Virus record (IMG/VR): IMGVR_UViG_3300027759_004177
Span: 248,001 to 312,000 of that record
Reading direction: 5' to 3' (one strand)
Length of the DNA: 64,000 nt
Shown in pieces: positions 26,598 to 37,039 of this stretch. The position numbers were made by a program, and so were the translations under genes. The notes below the pieces were generated by a model, which saw only the letters and a program-made list of their open reading frames with translations, was not told the DNA's origin and did not search any database. Each line of letters opens with the position of its first letter. Positions within the stretch are counted from its first letter, which is position 1.

Positions 26598-28367
26598 TTA
26601 AACAATGTCTACGTCAGTGTTATAACTGGTGTACCCGTTTTCTTTTACCACGTGAAGTGTGTTATTAACACGGCCTGCCAGTTCATCCTTGTGCGACACT
26701 AACCAAATACTCTTGTTAGCTTCGCGACTCATCTTTTTCAGGATAGCCAAAGAGTTTTCAACTCCCGAACTATCCATACCGCTGTCTACCAACTCGTCAA
26801 TAAACAACAAGTTGATGGGTTGATATAAACTTTCCCAAACATCGCGGAAGCTCCAGCTCAAGGATAAAATCAAGCGATTGCGTTCTCCGCGACTTAGATT
26901 GTCAAAGTCTAAATCTCTACCCAACTCTGTAATGGCTACAGTCAAGTCGTTGTTGAACTTGACTGTGTGTGGTAAGCCAATACGGTCCAGGTATTGTCCC
27001 AAGCGGGCATTTAAATAACTTAAATTCTGATCAATAATACGTTTACGAATAAATGAATCTTTGTTGGTCAGCAGTTTGAGTAAGAACTCTTGATGTTCTC
27101 TAATGTTATTGAGTTCGTTAATCACATCAAAACTGACTTCTTCTACGCCTTGTGTTTGCATTTCTGCTATTTGTTCAGCATACGGATCTTGTTCAACTGC
27201 CTTGATTTCCAACTGTTGAATCAAGTTATCAACGCTTGCTTGATGATGAATAGCATCCGACTCTTTGTCATAAAACGTTTCAGGCCGTGGTCCTAGCTTG
27301 CCCAGCCCATCGTGAGCTGACTGTAATTCACCCAGAGTGGCAGCAAAGGCATCCGCTGCTTCCTTTGCTCCAGCCAAGTCTCTCTGCTTTTGTCCCAGTA
27401 CTGATTGGTGCTTCTCGTCATGGAAATCCTGTCCACAGGTATGGCACGTATGATTTTCCAACGAAACAAGTTCTGCTGATATCTTGCCAATCGTTTTTTC
27501 CTCACGGGAAAGGTCCAGTTTTGTGCGACCAATCGCCGACGATAGTTCATTGATATCCTTGCGAGTTTGATCCCATGTCTTGAACGCTTGGTGTGCCCGA
27601 ATCTCGGCCTGGATGTCAATTCTCTGAAGCTCTTCAATTCCTGTCTGTAATTTCTGTATATCTTCTGCATGTTTATTCACCCATAGCGTTTGCCTACGCT
27701 TCAACGCTTCGATCTGTTCTTCAATTCGCTTGTTGGCATCGCCCACAGCCTTGATACGAAACTCTTCTTGTGTGATGGCATCTTTGGTTACTTTGCCAGC
27801 TTCCTTTAGTTTGTCTGCTTTTTCACTTAGCAATGTAATACCAAGTAATTGCTCAATTATAGTACGCTGGTCATTGGCTTTGAGTGCTAAGAATGGTTCT
27901 GTGTAGGTGTTGAGAGCCACAATGTGCTTGAACATGTCGTGACTCATGCCCAGCATACGTTCTATTTCTTGCTGTGTTTCTCGGCTGTCGCCTTGTGCAT
28001 CATCGGTGATTTCTTGTTCGCTATCGCCAACAAAAAACTTCATGGTGTTGGGTTTACGTCCGCGTTCTATTCGGTAGCTGACACCTTCTTTTTCAAAATC
28101 AATTGTGACCATCATGTTTTTAGCATTGGTCTTGTTGATCAAGTTGTCTTTTTTAATGTTGGTAAGTGCGTTGCCGTACAGGGCATAGCTCAATGCATTG
28201 ATAATAGTGGTTTTACCTGTACCGTTACGTGCACCGGAGTCGTCTCCGCCTAGGTCTAAATTTTCACCCAACACAAGAGTCAAGTCTTGTCGATCAAAAT
28301 TAACTGCCTGTGTGGTATTGCCCACACTCATAAAGTTTTTAACAGTAAGGTCTTTTATTTTAAACAT
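26598..28367 (-). CDS. gp46: Recombination endonuclease ATPase subunit (gp46, Rad50/SbcC-like)
   Basis: KNFMSVGN, Walker A NGTGKTT, Zn-hook CHTC, signature LSRGE, Walker B FIDE..D, H-loop VSH. Confidence 0.95.
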   Translation of the reverse strand: MFKIKDLTVKNFMSVGNTTQAVNFDRQDLTLVLGENLDLGGDDSGARNGTGKTTIINALSYALYGNALTNIKKDNLINKTNAKNMMVTIDFEKEGVSYRIERGRKPNTMKFFVGDSEQEITDDAQGDSRETQQEIERMLGMSHDMFKHIVALNTYTEPFLALKANDQRTIIEQLLGITLLSEKADKLKEAGKVTKDAITQEEFRIKAVGDANKRIEEQIEALKRRQTLWVNKHAEDIQKLQTGIEELQRIDIQAEIRAHQAFKTWDQTRKDINELSSAIGRTKLDLSREEKTIGKISAELVSLENHTCHTCGQDFHDEKHQSVLGQKQRDLAGAKEAADAFAATLGELQSAHDGLGKLGPRPETFYDKESDAIHHQASVDNLIQQLEIKAVEQDPYAEQIAEMQTQGVEEVSFDVINELNNIREHQEFLLKLLTNKDSFIRKRIIDQNLSYLNARLGQYLDRIGLPHTVKFNNDLTVAITELGRDLDFDNLSRGERNRLILSLSWSFRDVWESLYQPINLLFIDELVDSGMDSSGVENSLAILKKMSREANKSIWLVSHKDELAGRVNNTLHVVKENGYTSYNTDVDIV

Positions 28368-28375
28368 AGGTTCTT

Positions 28376-28404
28376 ATTATATACTAAAATCTTGATCTAG
28401 CCAA
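28376..28404 (-). promoter_or_regulatory. Sigma70-type promoter for gp46
   Basis: TTGGCT-17 nt-TATAAT, 8 nt before the ATG. Confidence 0.5.
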
Positions 28405-29666
28405 GCAAAATGAGCTCGCCAGTTGGTATTGCGTCTTTGATCCAGAGTTGTCAGATATGTTTTTAATTTATTAATTTGACTGACATTATTTTTAGATGCT
28501 AAACTTGTGGTAGCAATACCTTGCATGGCCTTACGCTGTGCTTGCTGTGTGGGAGTAGTATCGGGCATCAACTTCAATATCTGGTCAAAGTCGTTGGCAA
28601 ACACAGCACCATCGAACAAATATGGATTATCAAATTCTCCGGACGTATTAAAACTGTGAATGATGGGTTCTGCTGCCCATTCCCGTTGGAACCATGTGGC
28701 TGTGGCTGTTTGTTTGGTATTCCAGTGATTGATACGTTCCAATAACTTGGGCAACGATTTAATAGTCAAGGCTGATACAGCACTATTAATGCTTAAGGAT
28801 ATCCATGGCTGATTCAACAGCAATTCAAAGTTACGTTGCCATTGTGCTAGGTCGAGTCCATAGCGAACATATTCCTGCTCACTGTCCCAACAATCTAAAC
28901 TGGCAGTGATTTGCAGTTTCCATATTTTGTTTGACAGCACCAATTTTCTAAATTGCTGTAAGTATTGTTCAAATCGTGGCGTGGGTATGTTTAGATTGGT
29001 TACTATACTAAAAATTAAATCAGGATTAGCATGAGTTCGCCAAAACTCAATGCTGTCGTCTAGTTCACTCATTAAAAACGGCTCACCACCTAAAATATGA
29101 TACCGCTTGATTGTTTTGTAACAATCGTTTTCGTCCAAGTATTGCCACAGGCCTGCAACCATTTGATCATAATGGTCATTGTGTTGTGCTTGTTTGATGT
29201 CAAACGTTCGGGTGTGAAACGAATCTCCAAACTTTCTATTTTCTTCTTCCCATAGGCTACTATGGTGTGGCCCACAGTATACGCATTTCATATTACAGGT
29301 ATTTTTAAAATAAACTTCCAGTATGGTAGGAGTAACAGTTGTAGATGATTCATCTGTGTCAAGCTCGGGCGGCACCAACCATCCGTTATCTTGTTGTAGT
29401 GTGCTTTGTCTATCACTTAGGCCACCTGCATCTTCTACGTTTCGACAGTATTCGCAACCAGCCCCCGGCCACGCACCTGCAAGCATGGTCTGTCTAGCTG
29501 AAATTTTTTCAGGTAAATTATGAAATGATGCAAAGTTGTCGGCTGGTATGGCATATTTTTCCGTGCGGTGACAGCTGGCACTAGTACCACTGTTAAAGTA
29601 GACGGTGCTCCATGCCCATTTTAATAAACAAGCAGATTCTGTGCGTATGGGAAACACTTTATTCAT
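28377..29666 (-). CDS. Radical SAM enzyme with N-terminal auxiliary Fe-S (SPASM/twitch-like) domain
   Basis: CNMKCVYC (CxxxCxxC), LGGEPF, TN, ASLD; N-terminal C..KW....SCH...CEYC. Confidence 0.9.
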   Translation of the reverse strand: MNKVFPIRTESACLLKWAWSTVYFNSGTSASCHRTEKYAIPADNFASFHNLPEKISARQTMLAGAWPGAGCEYCRNVEDAGGLSDRQSTLQQDNGWLVPPELDTDESSTTVTPTILEVYFKNTCNMKCVYCGPHHSSLWEEENRKFGDSFHTRTFDIKQAQHNDHYDQMVAGLWQYLDENDCYKTIKRYHILGGEPFLMSELDDSIEFWRTHANPDLIFSIVTNLNIPTPRFEQYLQQFRKLVLSNKIWKLQITASLDCWDSEQEYVRYGLDLAQWQRNFELLLNQPWISLSINSAVSALTIKSLPKLLERINHWNTKQTATATWFQREWAAEPIIHSFNTSGEFDNPYLFDGAVFANDFDQILKLMPDTTPTQQAQRKAMQGIATTSLASKNNVSQINKLKTYLTTLDQRRNTNWRAHFAWLDQDFSI

Positions 29667-30027
29667 ATAATATATGATTCATGGGCAACTTTTCTTGTGG
29701 ATTGTATCGTTTGCGTACATATTCTAATTCTTCTGGCAACGACTTGATATCAGTTACCACAACGATAAAAAAATGTGGAATGTCGTGATGTTGCACATAT
29801 TCCTGTAACGAGATCAAGATATCGTGCGGTTGATCGGCATAGGATTTTTTCAATGGCTGGTTAGCAACAAAGACCACACGCTCATTGTCAGCAAACACTT
29901 CCTTGTGCAATCGTCGCAGGGCAGTATATAGTTTACCCTTTGGCAAGTTATCAAACTCAGTTAAGTCAATGAAATTGTCAATTTGATACTGAGTTTGCAG
30001 TCGATGTTTAATCCGCGCCAGGATCAT
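29659..30027 (-). CDS. Hypothetical protein coupled to the radical SAM gene
   Basis: 122 aa; overlaps the gp47 stop (ATGA) and the radical SAM start. Confidence 0.65.
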   Translation of the reverse strand: MILARIKHRLQTQYQIDNFIDLTEFDNLPKGKLYTALRRLHKEVFADNERVVFVANQPLKKSYADQPHDILISLQEYVQHHDIPHFFIVVVTDIKSLPEELEYVRKRYNPQEKLPMNHILYE

Positions 30028-31043
30028 AAGTTTCTATAAATGTCCAACAGGAGATTTTTATTAAACTGTTCGCTGTCGATGTTGCTCAACTGTCCGTACA
30101 CAATCTGATCCACCGACTCAAATGCAATGTTGCCTTGTATTTCGTATTCAGTCAAGTCAGTTACCTTGGCAGGGATCAGTGTGATCTCACGCAGTTTATA
30201 CGTGTCAATAAAAGTTTCTTTGATAAAGGTGGCTTCTTCATAGCTGATATCAATATCCAAGTTAACCCTAACATGCATGTTGGGTTTGAGCATGACTTCG
30301 GTGTGTTTGAGCACATCGCTCAGTTGAAACACACGATATATGGGCTGATCGGGCCAAGCATGATACACTGGCTCTTTGTCCCACTCTAGAATCATCATGC
30401 CACGATCATCGTCGCCGGCGTCAGCATAGTTGTGCGGAAAGCAGTTGCCCAAATAGGTAATATTGCCTTTGGTCTGTCGTTTGTGGAAGTGCCCAGAGAA
30501 CACATGTTCAAAACCTTTTAAATCATTTTTAGGATCAACTTCACCATGATCCGGCATGGCTACCATGGCATTCATCAAGTATCCGGGCAATTCAAAATGC
30601 CCAAACATGTACTTGCCTTGTAGTTTCTTTAGACGTTTGAAGTCATCGCCCACTAGCCACGGAGCAATAGTAACGTCGCCATGAGTAGTCCAGTCGTTAC
30701 AGATATGTATTCTATTAAGGTGCTTTGCCCATTCCACACTCTGTACATCTCGCTTGTCGCGATAATACAGATCATGATTTCCAGGAATAAAGAAAGTTTG
30801 TTCGAAGTTTTCATTCAAGTGCTCCAGGGCACGTAGACTATAGCCCAAGGTTAGGATATTGATTGACGCACGATTGTTGTGCCAGTCTCCAAGAAACATG
30901 CAAGTTTCGCATCCTTCTTCCCGTGCCTTGGCAGTGGCCCATTTAACAAAGTTCAAACAGTCTTCATTGTGCAAGGTACTGTTTGATTTTAACCCAAAGT
31001 GTATGTCTGTAAAGACAGCGGCTCGTTTGAATAGATTAGTCAT
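30024..31043 (-). CDS. gp47: Recombination endonuclease nuclease subunit (gp47, Mre11/SbcD-like)
   Basis: Metallophosphoesterase motifs TDIHFG, LGDW, PGNHD, FGHFE, SGHFH. Confidence 0.95.
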   Translation of the reverse strand: MTNLFKRAAVFTDIHFGLKSNSTLHNEDCLNFVKWATAKAREEGCETCMFLGDWHNNRASINILTLGYSLRALEHLNENFEQTFFIPGNHDLYYRDKRDVQSVEWAKHLNRIHICNDWTTHGDVTIAPWLVGDDFKRLKKLQGKYMFGHFELPGYLMNAMVAMPDHGEVDPKNDLKGFEHVFSGHFHKRQTKGNITYLGNCFPHNYADAGDDDRGMMILEWDKEPVYHAWPDQPIYRVFQLSDVLKHTEVMLKPNMHVRVNLDIDISYEEATFIKETFIDTYKLREITLIPAKVTDLTEYEIQGNIAFESVDQIVYGQLSNIDSEQFNKNLLLDIYRNL

Positions 31044-31050
31044 AACATAC

Positions 31051-31079
31051 AGTATAGACTAATAAACGGAAAAGATCAA
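31051..31079 (-). promoter_or_regulatory. Sigma70-type promoter for gp47 (probably leaderless mRNA)
   Basis: TTGATC-17 nt-TATACT, 7 nt before the ATG, no SD. Confidence 0.55.
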
Positions 31080-31091
31080 ACGTTAATTTGT

Positions 31092-31982
31092 TCAATCATC
31101 GTAACCGCCGTCGCTACCACCACTTGTTGCCGATATCTTCATGCCTTGGCGTGTGTAACTAGGAGTCAAGTTGTTCATTTCTAAAATGTCATCACGTAAG
31201 TTTTGATTACGTTTTTCAATATTTAGAACTCGTGTAAATGAGTTTGTGATGGCCGCTGTGTAATAGGCAAATGGGTTTTGACTCTTGGCTTCGTCGAACT
31301 GTAAGCCAATCTGACTCAATTGTAGCAAGGCTTGACTACGCATTTCGTCGTTGTAGGTGTAACCACGCCAGTTGCTGCGTGTGGCATAGCGTTCACACAG
31401 TTTGATAAACATGTGAGCCAGCTTGGGAGTCATTTTGCCGTGTTCACGATTGAATGTGCCTTTGACCAGATCGCCCTTCCAGTGGCTTTTGCCCACGCAC
31501 ACAGGCTCACCAGCTTCGTTAACTTTGTAGTGTTGGAACGGGGGAAAATTGCATTTGACATATTTGGTATTACCAATCAAGTCTAAATCATCGTCGTCGT
31601 ACTCACTACGTGGCACAGCACCTTCTTCTTCCTCTAAGGCTTTGACAGCGGCCTTGCGACTTTTTACATCATCCACAGGAATATGATCCCAGGTCATGAT
31701 ACGAAAAACCACATCTGTATCTTTGACATCTTTGAGTTTGACTTCAAATTCGTCTAATTTGCGTTTGGTGCCATCTGCCATAGCTGCTTCTAACGCCAGT
31801 TTAGCTAGCCTTACACATCGCTCCTTGCGAGCCAACATTATGTTCTTTTTGTTTATTTTGCTCACATCGGGCAGTATTAAATCGTAGGCGTGATATTCTG
31901 GATCTGTGAAAGTGCAGTAGGTTGTTTTGCTTTTGTGAATCTCTTTTAGAATGTCTTTGTTGTTAAGATAATTATGGCGCAC
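31092..31982 (-). CDS. gp55: Late transcription sigma factor (gp55-like)
   Basis: NYLNNKD, NWRGYTY.DEM...A, FD..KS.NPFAYYT....NSF...L..EK; likely GTG start at 31982 after AAGGA. Confidence 0.9.
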   Translation of the reverse strand: MRHNYLNNKDILKEIHKSKTTYCTFTDPEYHAYDLILPDVSKINKKNIMLARKERCVRLAKLALEAAMADGTKRKLDEFEVKLKDVKDTDVVFRIMTWDHIPVDDVKSRKAAVKALEEEEGAVPRSEYDDDDLDLIGNTKYVKCNFPPFQHYKVNEAGEPVCVGKSHWKGDLVKGTFNREHGKMTPKLAHMFIKLCERYATRSNWRGYTYNDEMRSQALLQLSQIGLQFDEAKSQNPFAYYTAAITNSFTRVLNIEKRNQNLRDDILEMNNLTPSYTRQGMKISATSGGSDGGYDD

Positions 31983-32006
31983 CTGTATTTCCTTTAAAGT
32001 TAGCAC

Positions 32007-32035
32007 ATACTAACATATTTAATTGTTGTGGTCAA
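32007..32035 (-). promoter_or_regulatory. Sigma70-type promoter for gp55
   Basis: TTGACC-17 nt-TAGTAT with extended -10 TG. Confidence 0.6.
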
Positions 32036-32084
32036 CCTAATTTTGAAAAATACCGAAAACATTATCTACGCCGTTATTGATATC

Positions 32085-32092
32085 TATAAATA
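32085..32092 (+). promoter_or_regulatory. Consensus T4 late promoter TATAAATA
   Basis: Exact consensus upstream of the baseplate operon. Confidence 0.75.
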
Positions 32093-32113
32093 CTGTATAA
32101 CCAGGAAGTCACG

Positions 32114-33124
32114 ATGCCAGTTTTATCCAACGCACAATTACAAGGAAGCCCTGCCAACGGCTCACAGTCACTTGGCGCCCAATTGGGACAAAGCATCAAC
32201 AATGGATTGATGGGTGCTGTGGGGCTAGCACCCAACGGCATGAGCGGACGTCAAAACACAGCCGACATGTTTAGATACAGCAGCAGAACCACCGGACCGG
32301 CTCCTAGATTTGTGTACCCAGCATTTCCCAGCGCCAGTGCAGACTGGCGTGTGCGTGTGAGTCTAGCACCAAACAGCAAGTATTTTTACAATGATCCACA
32401 GGGCAATGCCCTATTGAGTCCGTTGATAGAATCCGGTGGCGGATCAGACAACAGCATCGGCGCAGCATTCGGGCAATTGACCGGGCTTGGCGGAACAAAA
32501 CGAGTGGGTGTAGTATTCCCTTACACTCCCACCATGACTGTAGCACACACCGCTAGTTACACTCCACAAAAATTGACACACAGCAATTATGCTCAGTATT
32601 TTTATGACAACAGCGAAGTTAGTGCAATAACACTCAACGCAGATTTCACTGTGCAAAACATCAACGAAGGACAGTACCTGTTGGCTGCTATCTATTTCTT
32701 TAGAAGCTGTACCAAAATGTTTTTTGGAGCTGGTCCCAATGCCGGTAATCCGCCCCCGATCGTTTATCTAAACGGTTATGGTCAGTATTACATGCCCAAT
32801 GTGCCTTGTGTGGTCACCAGCTTTAGTCACACCATGCCAGCTGATGTGGACTATGTGGACATTCCTGAACCCAGCGTTACTCGTGGCAGCATGGGACTGA
32901 ATCCTAGACTAAACAGCACTCGCTTGCCTACTACCAGTCAGATGAGTTTGAGTCTACAACCGGTGTACAGTCGTTATGCACAAAGCCAAGGCTTTAGTCT
33001 AGAAGACTTTAGTCGTGGCGCTTTAATTAATCCAGTTAGAGGTAACAATCCTGCCACTGCATTTGGCGCTACACAGCCAACAAAGCATGTCAACAACACC
33101 GTTAAAAATGGTGGCTTCCTATAA
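32114..33124 (+). CDS. Baseplate tail-tube initiator-like protein (gp48/gp54 role)
   Basis: GVVFPYTP, THSNY, F.RS.TKMFFG, G.PPPIV.L.GYG...NVP.VV.SF...P..VDY; first gene of the baseplate operon. Confidence 0.55.
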   Translation: MPVLSNAQLQGSPANGSQSLGAQLGQSINNGLMGAVGLAPNGMSGRQNTADMFRYSSRTTGPAPRFVYPAFPSASADWRVRVSLAPNSKYFYNDPQGNALLSPLIESGGGSDNSIGAAFGQLTGLGGTKRVGVVFPYTPTMTVAHTASYTPQKLTHSNYAQYFYDNSEVSAITLNADFTVQNINEGQYLLAAIYFFRSCTKMFFGAGPNAGNPPPIVYLNGYGQYYMPNVPCVVTSFSHTMPADVDYVDIPEPSVTRGSMGLNPRLNSTRLPTTSQMSLSLQPVYSRYAQSQGFSLEDFSRGALINPVRGNNPATAFGATQPTKHVNNTVKNGGFL

Positions 33125-33426
33125 TGGCAACATATTCACGCACTAGTCCATATGCCGGAACACAGACCTGGGGCAAGTTCCTGGATGTGTGGCCGGGTAA
33201 AACTATCTCAGCCAACATGACAGATGCAGTATATCAAATCGACCAAATATATAACCTACGTCCGGACCTGTTGGCCAATGACATGTACCAGGACAGTAGC
33301 TTATGGTGGGTGTTTGCTGTACGCAATCCTGATGTGTTAAAAGATCCCTTGCTGAGTTTTACAACAGGCACAATCATTTATGTTCCTACCAAGGCAGTTA
33401 TTCAACAGCAACTACTAGGCATTTAA
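33124..33426 (+). CDS. gp53: Baseplate wedge subunit (gp53/LysM-like)
   Basis: RPDLLA..MY....LWWVFA..N......DP...F..G..IYVP. Confidence 0.75.
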   Translation: MATYSRTSPYAGTQTWGKFLDVWPGKTISANMTDAVYQIDQIYNLRPDLLANDMYQDSSLWWVFAVRNPDVLKDPLLSFTTGTIIYVPTKAVIQQQLLGI

Positions 33427-33428
33427 CA

Positions 33429-35627
33429 ATGGCTATCAAACGTCAAGCAGAAACTGCTGCAATCGTCAATCCCTTGCATCGATACGCATCCTACACCTAC
33501 TCGTGGAGCCTATGGTTGTTGGCTCCATCTGACTACAACTCACTTATGAATTCTCTAGGGCCAGAAGAAGCCATGTCATGGAAACCTGCCAGTAGTCGAA
33601 GTTTTGTGCTGGCCCAAGACGGAGGCCTCTATCCCGGGGAGAAGTTTAGACAGCCCGGCACTAACGGGTTAAACTATCATATACAAAATGTGCAATTTGA
33701 TACTGTGGTAGCGCCAAATAAAACCAGCAGAAGCAGCAACACGATCAAAGGATCAATGACCATATTGGAACCATATGGTGTAACCTTGATCGACTCGCTG
33801 GTTGCAGCATCGTTTGATGGAACAAAATTTAATAACTACACCCAAAATCCCTACATGTTGCAACTGGAATTTTTTGGTTATGACGACAACGGAGAGCAAA
33901 TTCCCAAAGGTCGCTCAGACCTTGTTACTTACAACAAGCGTTTTCCTATCAGTTTGTTGACCATGAAGATCGAAGTCACTACCCGCGGCTCAGAATACAA
34001 GATAGATTTTGTGCCCGGCGGCGCCATGGTACACCAATCAACTTCGTACAGCACCACACCCGAACAATTTAACATCACAGCCGACACCGTTGACGCATTC
34101 TTTAACGGCCCCGAGGGTCTGGCAGAGCAGTGGCAAGCATATTCTAATCAACAAGTAAAGCAAAAACAGGCAGAATTGGCAGACGGTATCTTTTTTAAAA
34201 TTGATCCACTGATAGGTGAATCTAAAATAGTAAATGAAAGCAAAGTTTCTTTGGCCAAGGCCAATCCCAAAGCCAAAAACATAGATTTAAAAAGTTCAAC
34301 ATTTACCATTCCTCGCGGAACCCCGATACTAGACATCATTACCAAAGTAATGGCACACAGCGATTTTTTAATACAAAAACAATTGGGCTTAGAAGAGACC
34401 ATTTATGAAAATCCCGACCTGTTTGACGCAACAAAAGTATTCAATGCATTTAAAACCACAACAAAATTAGAATACGGTGGCATAGATCTTACCGGGCAAC
34501 GTCAAGGCCCAGCTATTGACATAATTACAGGACGGTACCCTAAGATTGTAACTTATAACATACATCAGTATGCAATATGGAATGCCAAGCACCCAAAGGC
34601 AAACCAACTGGCCAACAGCTATCCGTACACAAACAAATACTACAATTACATTTACACTGGCCTAAACACAGATATCATTGATCTTAAAATAAATTTTGAC
34701 AGCACCTATTACACCGCAATTATGGCCTTTACCAATACCAAGGCTGCAGAAGACTCAACCAAAGATACTGACGTGGCTGTGGCAAATAATACAGCCGAAG
34801 GCAGAAACACCACAATCGCTTTGAATCCAACAATTTTTGCAAAACTGTTCCCGCAACTGGCGTCAATAGCAACTGTTACACCTCTACAGTATAGATTTAT
34901 TGTGGATGATGTTCGTGAAACATCATTAATGAATGTCAAAGATCGGCCTGCGGCACAGGTAGCAGCCGACGTGTTAAAAAGTATATATACTGCACAAAAT
35001 CAAGAAATGTTGGCATTGCAATTGACCATTGTTGGCGATCCTACCTTGATCAAACAGGACGATTGGTTATATGTACCCGACCCTAGAGACAACACTGACT
35101 TTTCACGATGGGACATATCAAGTGCAGATTATACTCAAAAGTACGGACATATTCCCATGGACCGCGGACAAGTGGCTGTGCGTGTGATTATAAATTCTCC
35201 TGTTGACATGGATCTTGATTACGAAGATGGCAATCAAGGTCTGGCCTATCCCCAACCCAAATACAGTCAAAGTTTGTTTAGTGGTCAATATATAATAGTA
35301 TCGATTACTAATCGATTTGCCAACGGAAAATTTGAACAGGTATTAAATCTGGCTAGAATTCATAACGACGAAATCCCAACAGCATTTGAACTGGCAAGAA
35401 ATGGAGACGGTAGAAACCCAGTTGAATTGGGCTCACGGATTGACAAAGAACTATCACAGACCAATCCCAATCTGCCAGCTGGCGACTACGATCCCGACAA
35501 TGTCGGTGCTAACGAACTCTCTCCGGGAACCACACTGATATTAAATCCCAGTGGCACTGGATCTAAAGTCTGGGAGATACAAGTCAACGGACTAGGCCCT
35601 AGAGACGACAAACAAAACACGGAATAA
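33429..35627 (+). CDS. Baseplate hub protein (gp27-like)
   Basis: 732 aa between the gp53-like and gp5-like genes; L.IVGDP and FSGQY.I..I.N.F..GKFEQ.L.L.R motifs. Confidence 0.6.
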   Translation: MAIKRQAETAAIVNPLHRYASYTYSWSLWLLAPSDYNSLMNSLGPEEAMSWKPASSRSFVLAQDGGLYPGEKFRQPGTNGLNYHIQNVQFDTVVAPNKTSRSSNTIKGSMTILEPYGVTLIDSLVAASFDGTKFNNYTQNPYMLQLEFFGYDDNGEQIPKGRSDLVTYNKRFPISLLTMKIEVTTRGSEYKIDFVPGGAMVHQSTSYSTTPEQFNITADTVDAFFNGPEGLAEQWQAYSNQQVKQKQAELADGIFFKIDPLIGESKIVNESKVSLAKANPKAKNIDLKSSTFTIPRGTPILDIITKVMAHSDFLIQKQLGLEETIYENPDLFDATKVFNAFKTTTKLEYGGIDLTGQRQGPAIDIITGRYPKIVTYNIHQYAIWNAKHPKANQLANSYPYTNKYYNYIYTGLNTDIIDLKINFDSTYYTAIMAFTNTKAAEDSTKDTDVAVANNTAEGRNTTIALNPTIFAKLFPQLASIATVTPLQYRFIVDDVRETSLMNVKDRPAAQVAADVLKSIYTAQNQEMLALQLTIVGDPTLIKQDDWLYVPDPRDNTDFSRWDISSADYTQKYGHIPMDRGQVAVRVIINSPVDMDLDYEDGNQGLAYPQPKYSQSLFSGQYIIVSITNRFANGKFEQVLNLARIHNDEIPTAFELARNGDGRNPVELGSRIDKELSQTNPNLPAGDYDPDNVGANELSPGTTLILNPSGTGSKVWEIQVNGLGPRDDKQNTE

Positions 35628-35635
35628 CACAGCAC

Positions 35636-37039
35636 ATGGCCACAGATCAAATTAGAAAATCCGGCGACGACCCTACTGCGGTAGGTGATGCTAAATCCAC
35701 ACCTAAAAATCCAGGTCCATACGAAGCGGTAGTGGTGGCCCACGCCACCGGCGCCAGACTGGGACAGTTGCGTGTCAGAGTCATCTCCACAACAGGTAGA
35801 AAGCCCGCGGGATTTGAAGATAATGCTGTAACGGCCAATTACTGTAGCCCATTCTTTGGAACAACCTACGGAACTGATCAACAATCTGCTGTGCCCGACG
35901 GGGCATTTACTTCAGGACAAAGCTACGGTATGTGGATGGTACCACCGGACATTGGCAACAAAGTATTGGTAATGTGTACACCCAATGGCGACTGGTATTG
36001 GATTGGTTGTATCTACGATAGTAGCAGTCATCACATGGTTCCGGCAATTGGCCGTAACATCGGCGGCAAAGACCGTACCAGAGCACCAGGATCCCTGCCG
36101 GCATCAGGATCCAGTAACTTGCCAGTGGTAGAGTACAACACCAAATATGAAACCACAGCATTTGATGCCGACGGTTTAGAAAACACACCACGCTACACAC
36201 ACGAATTTCAAGTTGCCAAACTAGTAATGCAAGGCCTAGACAGAGACCCTATACGTGGCGCTATCAGTTCCAGTAGTATGCGTGAAAGCCCCAGCAACGT
36301 GTACGGTATCAGTACACCTGGACGCAAAGTAAGCAAAACGGATCAAGTGCCGGGCTCACCCGACTTGGTATATGCCAGACAAGGTGGTCACACGTTTGTG
36401 ATGGATGACGGTGACAAAGACGGAAAAGATCAGCTGATGAGATTGCGTACCACGGGCGGTCATCAGATCTTGATGAATGATTCAGAAAACGTTTTGTACA
36501 TCGCCAGTGCCAGCGGACAACACTGGCTGGAATTCAGCAAAAATGGCCAGATAAACGTTTACGGTGCAGCCGGCTTTAATCTACGCACACAAGGAGTATT
36601 GAACCTACACAGCGATGTCATGCTGAACATGAGTGCTCCAAACATCAAAATGACTGCCATGGGCAACGACAAAGTACCTCTGGGATCGATTAACATGGCC
36701 ACATCGGGCAACTTCAGTGCCAGTGCTGTGGGCATGGCCAGTTTAAAATGCAATGGTATGCTGACTTTAAGCGCCGTTGGCAAAGCCAGTTTGACTGCTG
36801 GCGGCTGGTTAAGTTTGAGCAGCGTAGTAAAAACCAGTGTGTTTGGCGGCATGCTGATGTTGAACTCGGGCAAGCCTGGTATACCAATGCCAGTTACTCC
36901 GCCCACAGTCACACCAAAACCAGATACAAAATTACAAGGCGGCGTATGGAACACTGGCGGGGTAATCATGACAGCCTGCACAGTAGCACCGGCACATGAG
37001 CCATGGACAGACGCCAACGGACAAAGGCCTAAGAAATAA
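35636..37039 (+). CDS. gp5: Baseplate central spike (gp5/VgrG-like OB fold plus beta-helix)
   Basis: RLGQLRV, SYGMWMVPPDIG..VLV, GHTFVMDDG, LRT.GGHQILM.D, beta-strand repeats, C-terminal PAHEPW. Confidence 0.75.
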   Translation: MATDQIRKSGDDPTAVGDAKSTPKNPGPYEAVVVAHATGARLGQLRVRVISTTGRKPAGFEDNAVTANYCSPFFGTTYGTDQQSAVPDGAFTSGQSYGMWMVPPDIGNKVLVMCTPNGDWYWIGCIYDSSSHHMVPAIGRNIGGKDRTRAPGSLPASGSSNLPVVEYNTKYETTAFDADGLENTPRYTHEFQVAKLVMQGLDRDPIRGAISSSSMRESPSNVYGISTPGRKVSKTDQVPGSPDLVYARQGGHTFVMDDGDKDGKDQLMRLRTTGGHQILMNDSENVLYIASASGQHWLEFSKNGQINVYGAAGFNLRTQGVLNLHSDVMLNMSAPNIKMTAMGNDKVPLGSINMATSGNFSASAVGMASLKCNGMLTLSAVGKASLTAGGWLSLSSVVKTSVFGGMLMLNSGKPGIPMPVTPPTVTPKPDTKLQGGVWNTGGVIMTACTVAPAHEPWTDANGQRPKK

